Of a stretch of DNA of 64,000 bases, positions 54,053 through 64,000 are shown piece by piece (position 1 is the stretch's first letter; the number at the start of each line of letters is the position of its first letter). The stretch comes from Felis catus (Eukaryota). A program made the position numbers and the translations under genes. The stretch spans positions 216,568,001-216,632,000 of the forward strand of contig NC_058368.1 of assembly GCF_018350175.1 (NCBI RefSeq). The letters run 5' to 3'. The notes below the pieces were generated by a model, which saw nothing but the letters and a program-made list of their open reading frames with translations, did no database searches and was not told the origin of the DNA.

Positions 54053-55269
54053 CATTTCTAATATTTAAAGTTAAGAATCTTAAAATCTCTCTAGTTTTAC
54101 TGAAGTCACCATCGATATTTACAAATGTGTGCTTGTGGAATAAATCATCCAGTTATTCTACTTAAATCCTCCAGTTCTTTGGCAATAGAATATAAGTTGC
54201 CATTTCTTTTCTTTTTTTTTCTTTTCTTTTCTTTTTTTTTCTTTTCTTTTCTTTTTTTTTTTTTTCCAGTAAAGCATAGCTGGTACTTTCAATCCTATCC
54301 CAAACCCCACAATTATATTGTCTGAAATAATTATCCAGGCATTTTTTAGTTCATTCTATAGTATTATTCTATACTATTCTATAATATTTCTATAACATTT
54401 ACCTATGATGCTTATTTTTACACCTGAGCATCATATAACACTCTTTTACAAATTAAAATATGTAATTTTTCTTTTCTGTTTGATTAGTTTTCTATAATCC
54501 CTTTTTCCCAATAACAAATATAATCAAAAGTAATCGTTGATCATTTGTTTTAATTTTTCAATAGCAATTATAACTTCCTAATAAGGGTATCTTTGCTAAA
54601 AACAGGTGATTTATTTTTAAAAAGGCCCAAATTATCAAGATAATAAAGGTCTTGAAACATTTTTCATTTTGAATTTAATCATTTAAGTTATGACTGAATA
54701 TAACTTTTTATAAAACACATATAAAAAATAGCAAATTTAGAAATATTAACTTTTTTATCTCATAAGGATCAGGAAAATTAAATAATTGGATGAAAGACTA
54801 TATTCCATTATCCAACAGGATAATCAGATCTATCAATATTCACGATATTAATATAGCTAAAGTCTTAGCTATAAATTTGCAATGCAAATATATATATTAA
54901 CGTATTTTACAATAGTAATCAGGATAATTTAAATGTATAATAATAAAGCACTTATTCTGATTATCAGGTTTATTTTATTCTTTAATTATATTTATCCAAT
55001 ACTTTAAAGTTATATTCAATTTTATTACCACATTTATTAATTAAAAATCTTATTGGTTTTGCTTAAATTTCTCCATTATCAAGAAAAAAAATTGAGTAAT
55101 ACATTTCCATTTATAAATTTTAAATGTTTTATAAATACTTTGAATGTATTTATCAAATATGAATAACCATGATTATAAATACAAGTTTTCAAAAATGAGA
55201 AAAGAATAAAAGATATATTTCATGAACTTGTGATAATAAATTACACTTAATATTTATTATCAATTTGAG

Positions 55270-57215
55270 GAAAAACTGTTCCAAAAGACAAAAAAAATGA
55301 CATGATATAATATTAGTAGGGTCAATCCCCTGGGAAGATAAAACAATTACAAATATATATACATACAAATTCAGCCCATCTAAATATACAAAGGAAACAT
55401 TGACAGAACTGATGGGAAAAACAGTACAATAATGGTAGACAACTTCAACATTCTACTTCTAATAATAGAAAGAACATCCAAATGGATTAATAAGAAAAAA
55501 GAGGATCCGAATAACACAATAGACCAAACGGATATACAGACATATATAGAACATTCTACTCGACAGCAGCAGAATACCCATTCTTTTAAACTGTACATGT
55601 TTTTTGACAAGATAGGCCACATGTTAGGCTACAAAACAAGTTTTAACAAATTTAAGAAGCTTAAATCCCTACCAAGTATCTTCTTCAACCACAGTGGAAT
55701 GAAACTAGAAATCAACAGCAGAAAATTCATAAATATGTGAAAATTAAACAAACTTGAGAAGAACAAAGTTGGAGGTATCACACTGATTTCAAAATAAATT
55801 ACAAAGTTCCAGGACCTACATACAACAGCATGGTACTGACATAAAGACAGGCATACACACAGATGAAACAGAATAGAGAACCCAATAATAAACACATGTG
55901 TGATTTTTGCACACATAAAATCAACTGATCTTTGACATGGGTTTAAATAACACACAAGGGAAAAAAGAGAGTCTCTTCAACAAATGGTGTTGGGAAAAGT
56001 GGGTATCCACATGAAAAAGAATGGAATGGAACGTTACATATGGAACCAACTCAAAATGTATTAATGACTTAAATGTAAGACCTGGAAATATAAAACCTCT
56101 AGGAGAAAACAGGACAAAACTTCATTATATGGGTCTCAGAAATTATTTTTTGATTATGATGCCAAAAGCACGGGCAACAAAAGCAAAAATAAGCAAGTGG
56201 GACTTCATGTAACTATAAAGTCTGCACAGCCAAAGGAACAGTCAACAAACAAAAAGGCAACCATGAATTAGAGAAAATATTTGAAAACCATATATTTGAT
56301 AAGGGGATAATCTCAAAAACATATAAGGAATTCCTATATTTCAAATTAAAAAAAAAAGTTAGTAACCCAATTCAACAATAGCCTAAGGACTTGACATTAC
56401 TCCAAGAAAGACATACAATGGCCAACTGGCATATGAATTTTTTTTTCAATGCCATTAATCATTAGGGTAATGCAAATCGAAACTACAATGAAATATCACT
56501 TTATCTTTTTGGATGGCTATTATATTAAAAGAAAAAAAAAGACAACAAGTGTTGGAGAGGATGTAGAGAAATTGTAACCCTTGCACACTGTTTGTAGGAA
56601 TACAAAATGGTATGGCCAGTATGGAAAATAGCATAAAGTCCCCTAAAGTAATTAAAAATAGGACTGCCATATAATTCAGCTCTCCCACTCTGGACATTAT
56701 TCCAAAATACCTGAAATCTGAATCCTGAAGAGATGCTACCTGTCTCATGTTTATTTCATTGCTATTATAGCCAAGAAACAACCTAAATGTCTATTGACAG
56801 ATAAACAAATAAAGAAAATGTGGTATATACCTACAGTGGATTATTACTCAGCCTGAAAAAAGAGGAAAAATCTGTTATCTGTGACAACAGAGAAGAATCT
56901 TGAGAGCATTATTATAAGTAAACCAAGCCAGCCACAAATAGACAAATTTTACATGATTTGATTTATGTAAGGTATCTATAGTAGTCAAACTCATAGCATC
57001 CAAGAGTAGAATAGTAGTTTCTAGGGACTGCGGTGGGGAGAGGAAATGGGGAGTTATTAGTCAATAGGTGTGAACTTTCACTCAAGCAAGATGACAAAGT
57101 TCTAGAGTTCTGCTATACAACATTGTCTTTATAGTCCACAGTGATGTTTTTTATAGTTAAAATGTATTATCAGGAGAAATCTCATGTTAAATATTCTTAT
57201 CACAATAAAATAAAA
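55270..57215 (+). mobile_element. LINE-1 (L1MA-like): EN region joined to late ORF2 and 3'UTR by a large internal deletion near 55752
   Basis: ORF 55432-55740 (DKIGHMLGYKTSFNKFKK...FFNHSGMKLEINSR) is L1 EN-like; aagaacaaagttggaggtatcacac...; 3' end ttaaatattcttatcacaataaaa. Confidence 0.88.
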
Positions 57216-57897
57216 CAAATTCACACATTTTTTAAAAAATAGTACTTAGAGACCAATACCTTGTTACAAAGAATATTCATTGCTATTGATTATTAGCTTC
57301 TAGAGTTTTTAGTGAAGAGTGCTAGAAAACATTGAATTAAAAAAATAAAAATAATAAATCCACCTTGATATGTTTATGTTAAATTGAAAATCAGAGTTTT
57401 GCTAATTCTTTAAATTTCATATTTGTACCTCTTTAACTATTATTGAGAATGTGATGCAATGAATTATTTCAATTATCTTAGAATATTTACAATAGTGTCA
57501 AATTCATAATAACAAATTAACTATCAAAGTATAACTGAGTGTGGTTTAAGATTATTGGCAGTTATGTGTTCCTAAGATTATAAACGACTGAGTATTATGA
57601 AGTTACTGTATTTTATTTTGGCTAACCATTGTCTCTATTTGGTTATGTTGCCTGTATAATAAACATCACTTTCACTTTCCTACACTATTTAAAACTTGCT
57701 TTTTATTGCCTTTTTAATTATGTAAAGAACCAGCAAGATTCCAGAACCAAAACTGCATAAAAAGTTATATTTTGTGAACTGATTTTCAAGTCTGCTTCTC
57801 AACCATGCACCCTCTTATATATAACCATGTTTATGAGTTTTTCATGTCTCTTTTCATTTTTTTCTTTACGGATATAAGAGAATGCACACAAACTCGG

Positions 57898-58024
57898 GGA
57901 AAGGAAGGAAGGAAGGAAGAAAGGAAGGAAGGAAGGAAGGAAGGAAGGAAGGAAGGAAGGGGGAGGGAGGGAGGAGAAAAGGAGTGAAAGAGGGAGAGAA
58001 AGAAAGAAAAGGAAAGAAGGGAAG

Positions 58025-58071
<47 letters not shown>

Positions 58072-58194
58072 AAAAAGGAGAAGAGAGAAGAGAGGAGAGG
58101 AGAGGAGAGGAGAGGAGAGGAGAGGAGAGGAGAGGAAAGGAAAGGAAAGGAAAGGAAAGGAAAGGAAAGGAAAGGAAAAGAAGAAGAGAGATAA

Positions 58195-58249
<55 letters not shown>

Positions 58250-58341
58250 GTAAGGAGGGAGGAAGGAATGAAGGAAAGAAAGAGCAAAGGAGTGGGGAAG
58301 GAGAGAGAGAAGGAAGAAGGAAGGAAGGAGAGAAGGGAGGA
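57898..58341. repeat. Composite polypurine microsatellite (GGAA)n/(GAAA)n/(GGAGA)n/(GGAAA)n
   Basis: About 440 bp almost entirely A/G on the + strand. Confidence 0.95.
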
Positions 58342-59372
58342 ATATAAGCTAGCTCTAAATTAAGACAATAAAGAATATGAGTAAATTGGAAAGAGCTCCT
58401 TAAATCAACATAACTACCTTCGTTTGCTTGAAATCTATGTCATTGTTTCAAGTCTATGCCATACCACTGTATTAAAAACTAGTAAGTTTATGTATTCTGT
58501 TCATATTCACATTTCTCATAAACTTTGTCGGTAAATAACACATTTTAAAATGTTTTTACATTTCAGCAGTGAGCTATACATGCATAGCCTCAGAAATAGA
58601 CCAGTGTCTCTTGTTAATACATATCTTGTCTATCTTACTCTGGGTAGGAACTACATATTAATATTTTATCCTCTAATTTTTTATTTCAAATAATACAGCA
58701 CCAGAAGGGATATTACACAACAAACTAATAAGAAGTGAAGCCTGTGTTAGCTGTTTGATCAAATATATTTCATGCAAACTGCCTACGAACATCAAAAACA
58801 ATTAGACCTCAAATTCAATCTGAGTTAGCATTCATATCCAAAGATTTGAATGTAGGTAAGTTCAGAGACCAAATATTATATTTTGATTTGTTTTGAAGTG
58901 GCCGTCTGCCCAAATCAAAAAGCTTCCTCAACAGTTTGGCAGGCAGTTTAAAGAACCAAAATAACTACTTTGTGTAGGTCAGGTTCACAGGCATCCCCGT
59001 GTGACTTGGAAAGCACAAAAAGCAATGTTCACAGCATGTGGTACCTTACCAAGTTGCCTTCTAAAAGTGTCTATAACTTCTAAATTGTCAAATATTTCAG
59101 CTCTCATAAGAATCTTTTAAGGAAACTTTATAAACACAAATCAAACTTCAAATATCAGTGGCCAACATAATTAAAAAGAGCATAAAAATACAATATTGTG
59201 GGAAATTCCATGATACAATAATCCTGAAGTACCCATAATTTATATCTTGGCACATTAAAAATGCTCTTTTTGATTAAAAAAGAGCTTCACAGATATCAAC
59301 AGTCTTATTAGTACACTTAATGAATATGCTGGTCAATAGTCTAATTTTTAATTGTTTAAAGCAAACCCAATG

Positions 59373-61540
59373 CCACGAAGACCTATTTTAGTCATGCCTT
59401 GCAGACTTCAAGAGGGATAACTCCAGCTTTACCTCCCCATCCCTCTGCCTCCCTTCTAAACCCAGCCGTCACCCTAGCCCCAGGTCCATGCCTGAGAATT
59501 GCAGGCCGTTTCAGTCTCTTCTTAGAAGAATGGCCCTTGAAAGGTGTTAAAGATGTTCTCAGTTGTCGAGTTAGAGTTGGAAAATGGCAAGGGGTTGCCA
59601 GGGGGACAAGCTCCCTTGGTATCCAGCACTTGTGTAAGAACTTGCAGTACCTGGTGGACCACCAGCTGATTTCCTTGGAGAGCTGCAGGCTGGAAAGGAG
59701 AAAGGTGACCCTTTCTCATCAACCTAAAAATGCTAAATGTAGCTGTACATTAAAGAGCTCACCAACCAGATGATGATCACCAAGAATGTCAGGAGGATGT
59801 TCGCATTGCAGAAGGTGAGTATGTCCGATGTGGACACCAATCGTGTGCTTTCTTTCCTTCTGGAATTCATAGTGGAGGACAAGCAAGGTGAGAAGCATGT
59901 GAACAGGCACTCAGCTATATCTGCATCCACCCCAACTCCCTGAACTTGGGGGCTCACTGAATGGATGTGCCCACATCCTTCAGCAAAGTGAAACATCAGC
60001 AAAGGTGTCAGGTTATATTGAACTCCTTACACACATCTAAACTTTAAATTCACATGGCGACGTTGAGGGTTTGCAGGCTCTTTCATTCCCAAGACTTCGG
60101 TGAGTAGCCGTGAACGCTTATCAGAAGGAGCAGATCACAGCTCTTAAAACTGTTCTGAGGAACCTCAGGTTATTCCCCATTCCTTTGTCCATACACTCAT
60201 TGGAATAAAACCCCCACCGAGTCTGACGATTCATTTGCATGTCATCCATGATCCAACCTCATGACAGCTGGTCCAGCCTCAGGATGTCTGTTCATACCCT
60301 CATAACAGGACTCCTGAGTCATAACAGGACTCCATTACTATCCCGACATGCGGTCAGCTAATAAGGTGCCTTCACACCAGGGTCTCAGACAGCAGGGATA
60401 TCTAATGGGATAGAAGACCAGTTCCTCCCACTGAACACTATTGTGCCCAAATAATCTCAGTTCCCTTCTCCTCAGAATTCTCACTGGCTAAAACTGTGTC
60501 ATATCTACCTACACTCCTGACAGTCAATATCACCTGTTGGCCTGATAACCTCATGGACACTCCTGTCACCACCTTCCATGCAAATCAAAACCTTTCTTAA
60601 CATATACACTGACTTGTTTGGTTCTGTTACCAGTGCTGAATTGATCTACTAGGTATGAAATGACAGTCTCAAAGGTCAAGAAAAAAAAACATAAAATCTT
60701 ATTAACTTCACTTTAAAATATGAAAAGGAGTATGCATCCTGCTATTTATCAAAAAATAACCCATCCATCATCCACAATACCAATTTGGTCCTAAGTCGTG
60801 TTTATATATTGCAGATGAATTTCAGTATGGAAACAACATTCAGCTGGCCTAATTCACCATTATTTGATTACAATAAAAATTGGTTTGCTTAGGTCTACAA
60901 ACTTATTTTTTGTGTCTCATACAGCATGTCAATGACTTTGACAGACTGGAATTAATAAACTCAACTAGTATTTTTTGAGTGATATAAAAATAACACTGTT
61001 GATTCTATTCCTTGTTGCTTTGGAGTAGTTCTCAAGTCCCTTTCATGACAGTTATAACATTTATACTTGAGCTGTTAAGAGATCAAATTTATAGTTGAGG
61101 TCAAACATTTTAATTAAAATGGAAATTTCACTAGTCTGCCCATTAGAATGTGTTTATTTTGAGCATATGTAATTGTCTCTTGTATTGTTTTTTTTATTTT
61201 TTTAATGTTTATTTATTTATTTTTGAGAGAGACAGAGTCAGAATGTGAGTGGGTTAGTGGCAGAGAGAGAGAGAGAGACAGAATCCGAAGTGGCTCCAGG
61301 CTCCGAGCTGTCAGCACAGAGCCTGATGCAGGGCTCGAACTCACCTGCTGTGAGATCATGACCTGAGCCAAAATCAGACGCTCAACTGACTGAGCCTCCC
61401 AGGGGCCCCATCTCTTGTATTGTTAAATCTATAACTATTCTTTTTTTTTTTTTGAAAAACTTAGCCAGATAATCACCAGAACACTTTCTGCAAATAAAAG
61501 CATATACAAAAAATAAAATTTAATAAAAGAAAAACCAAAT
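59373..61540 (+). pseudogene. TBXT: Processed (intronless) pseudogene of Brachyury/T-box transcription factor T; CDS-derived part ~59606-60583
   Basis: Frame-hopping translation gives SSLG...KNLQYLVDHQL..LQAGKEKGDP..KELTNQMMITKNVRRMF..KVSMSDVDTN..SFLLEF..KHVN..ICIHPNSLNLGAH*MDVPTSFSKVK..QVILNSL..IH..AVNAYQKEQITALK..HDSWSSL..GAFTPGSQTAGISNG..DSQY..LITSWTLLSPPSM. This is colinear with TBXT (MSSPG..KSLQYRVDHLL..ELQAGSEKGDP..KELTNEMIVTKNGRRMF..YIHPDSPNFGAHWMKAPVSFSKVK..AYQNEEITALK..LIASWTPVSPPSM). The start codon is lost (ACA at 59606) and there are stops at 59958 and 60045. AATAAA at 61493 is followed by an A-rich tail. Confidence 0.93.
61190..61409 (-). mobile_element. SINEC_Fc inserted into the TBXT retrocopy 3'UTR
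   Basis: Perfect TSD tctcttgtattgtt (61176-61189, 61411-61424). Confidence 0.95.
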
Positions 61541-61949
61541 ATGATACAAAAAGTCCCGTGATAATTCAGTTTTAGAAATTAGTAACTCAAGCACAATCCA
61601 CAAAACTTTGCCAATGTTTATAGCTCAGCCTTAGCTCTAGAGCAAGAAGATATATTTTGGGATAGAAAACTCTATTACCTACATATATATTTTTAAAGCT
61701 AATAAATGATTAAAATGGCTTTTCCTTATTAACTATTTGTCCAAGTTGCCAAAGGCATTGCACAGGCAGATTAAAATGCAGTACATTTTCAAAATTAATA
61801 GAGTATTTTTTTAGAGCAGTTAAAGTTATCAAAAAAATTAAGTGGAAAGTACCGATTTCCCAATTACTCCTTTATTAGGTCTTTAGCATTTGGGGGGAGG
61901 TGGTTGGACTATAAAAGTCCCTGATTCAGTAAACTCTCCACTTCATTTT

Positions 61950-62465
61950 ATTTTATTTTGTGTTAAAGGTTTTGTTTTTAAGTAATCTCTACAACGCAAT
62001 ATCGGTTATGATCTCAGATCGCAACCCAGAGATCAAGAGTCCTATGTTCTACTGACTGAGCCAGCCAGGTGCCCCTAAACTTTCCATTTTAATTCATTCA
62101 CAGTTAACACTGTAAAGGGAATCATTTTAAAATGAAAACCTTGAGGCACTTGGGTGGCTCAGTCTGTTAACTATCCGACTCTTGATCTCAGCTCTTGATC
62201 TCAGGGTCTTGAGATCAAGTCCCACATTAGGCTCCACACTGGGTGTGCCTGAGTGGTTCAGTGGGTTAAGCTTCTAACTTCAGATCAGGTGATGATCTCA
62301 CGGTTCATGAGTTTCAGCCACGTATCCGGCTCTGTGCTGACAGTTCAAAGCCTGGAGACTGCTTCGGATTCTGGGTCTCCCTCTCTGCCTCTCCCGTGCT
62401 CATACTCTCTCTCTCTCTCTTTCTTTCTCAAAAAATGAATGAACATTAAAAAATAAAGTAAAAAA
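61950..62465. mobile_element. SINE cluster: short - copy (61950-62075), short + copy (62144-62242), + SINEC_Fc (62243-62465)
   Basis: Three SINE heads. Confidence 0.85.
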
Positions 62466-62699
62466 TGAAATCTTAGCACCCGTCATACCTGTGTTGTAAA
62501 CCTAGGTGAAATATTGAAAAATATACCAATCCATTAATAAAGAGCCCTGACCCTACCAGGTAGGTAAAGATGTCATTGTCGCCGAGGTCCTCAAACTTTA
62601 GCAGGCAGTGGGAATCACCAGGAGAACCTATTGGGCCCGGGGTTGCTGATTCAGGTTCTGAAGAGATAATTAAATAAATAAAATATTATAAAGTTAAAC

Positions 62700-63275
62700 A
62701 CACATGTTTCTGAATGTGTAAAAGGAAAAGCCGAGTTTTTAGATTCCTTACAAATATCAAAGTCCATTATGTCCTCAAAACTTCGGCATGAAACCAGTTC
62801 AGAAAGCTGTTTGCAGTATCTACAACACACACCTTTTTAAAGATCATTAATTCCACACCGTATAGACCTGAACCCAACAGCAGTATATCCATAAGTTCAC
62901 TGAAAAGCATGTACTAGAATTTTCATAATAACATTATTTATCAGCCCAAACTGGAAACTACCACATAAATGTCCAGTCATATGAGAAGCCATAAAAAAAT
63001 TAAGGAATATTCACAAAATCTGCATCAGTTATTTACAATGTGCATAATGCATTTTATTAACATTATTACAAAAAGGGCAACACTAGTCTTTGGTTTTAGA
63101 AATCAGGAGAGTAGTTAACTGGAGTAGTGATTGGGATGAGAATGTTCTAGGCTTATGGCATTTTTGATCTGACTCTGACTAAACTCCTGTCTTCTGATTG
63201 TGAAGTCAATCCATTAAGCTGAACCCTTTTGATATGGGCACTTTTCTCTATAAATACTATATTAATAAAAACTTT
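62700..63275 (+). mobile_element. Old L1ME-like 3' fragment
   Basis: atgtactagaattttcataataacattatttatcagcccaaactggaaactacc...tagaaatcaggagagtagtt. Confidence 0.55.
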
Positions 63276-63530
63276 AAAGGACATAGAAATTAAAAATGTC
63301 ATTCCCATGTACTGCTTTTTATAATTTATTAAAATAGGTAGAAAAAAACTTTAATTATCACATGTTTTGTGAATGAAAAGAAAAACAAGTAACTGAACTT
63401 TCAGAGACTTTTAAGAACAGTCAAGAAAATCAAAATTATAGACACCAAGGAGCATCAGGAAATTGATATGGAAAAATAAATAAATTCAAAGTAAGTGATT
63501 TAACCATCTGAAAAATAGTGTTAATGATAC

Positions 63531-64000
63531 TGGTCCTATGGGCTCTGTGGCAATGCGTTCTTCTATGAAATACACGAAGACTACATCCAGAACAAATTCA
63601 GTCTCACTGGACTCAGTGAGCAGGTGCCTCCCCGTCCACAGCTGGAGCTTAATGAAGAGATTGGAGACAACCCTAACCAGAGCGACCTAACCGAGCAGGC
63701 ATCCCATCTGGGATGCTTTATGGATTGATCTATTCCTACTATATCTTCACCAACCTTGGATTCACCTAGATGTTGGAAATGTACCAACAGGGAGAATTTG
63801 GCTACTGCCCCACATGGACTACGAGAACCAGCTGATGCTTCCACCAATCTTTCAGACCTCCCAGATGAGACCACAGCGAAGCTCTACTCTGCCAAGCGCC
63901 TGGACGTGTCTACACCCAAGACACCATCAAGGCACCACCACACAGACTGCACCTATGTTGTCATCTGTTTCTGTCATACAATTTTCATAGCACATCCCTA
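63531..64000 (+). pseudogene. CSNK2B: 5'-truncated processed pseudogene of casein kinase II subunit beta (continues beyond the window)
   Basis: Translation: [49 protein letters not shown] / MLYGLI..YIFTNLGFT*MLEMYQQGEFGYCP / ENQLMLP..LSDLP..KLY..SRHHHTD. CK2beta reads [79 protein letters not shown]. No introns; frameshifts and a TAG. Confidence 0.95.

Noticed and set aside
57799..58287. Low-complexity F/L/S-rich and K/E/R/G-rich ORFs
   Set aside because: Microsatellite artefacts.
59399..59773. 124-aa ORF overlapping the start of the TBXT retrocopy, as a possible retrogene
   Set aside because: It starts at TTG, only about 25 residues are in the TBXT frame before a frameshift, and the parental ATG is mutated.
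59606..60583. The functional TBXT or TBX19 locus
   Set aside because: It has no introns, several stops, frameshifts and deletions, and no CpG island. Terminal motifs match TBXT, not TBX19.

Overview
AT-rich, repeat-dense mammalian DNA from a cat-family (felid) genome, judged from about 50 carnivore tRNA-derived SINEs (SINEC_Fc type) and a cat-type L1 3' end. I can support no intact protein-coding exon. Nearly all ORFs in the supplied track are SINE, L1 or microsatellite artefacts. The window is mostly degraded LINE-1s, HAL1/L2/MIR relics, MaLR/ERV LTRs, small hAT DNA transposons and SINEs. Two old processed pseudogenes lie near the right end on the + strand. The first is a nearly full-length, intronless retrocopy of the Brachyury (TBXT) mRNA (~59373-61540), with probable 5'UTR, disabled CDS, 3'UTR, polyA signal, A-rich tail and a candidate TSD. 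The ORF track hides it because it is frameshifted. The second is a 5'-truncated CSNK2B retrocopy running off the window end (63531-64000). Other oddities are a 72-bp non-tandem local duplication, an internally inverted L1, an unexplained 0.4-kb insert in an L1, and several very young insertions with intact TSDs. Repeat subfamily names come from remembered consensus sequences and repeat boundaries are approximate.
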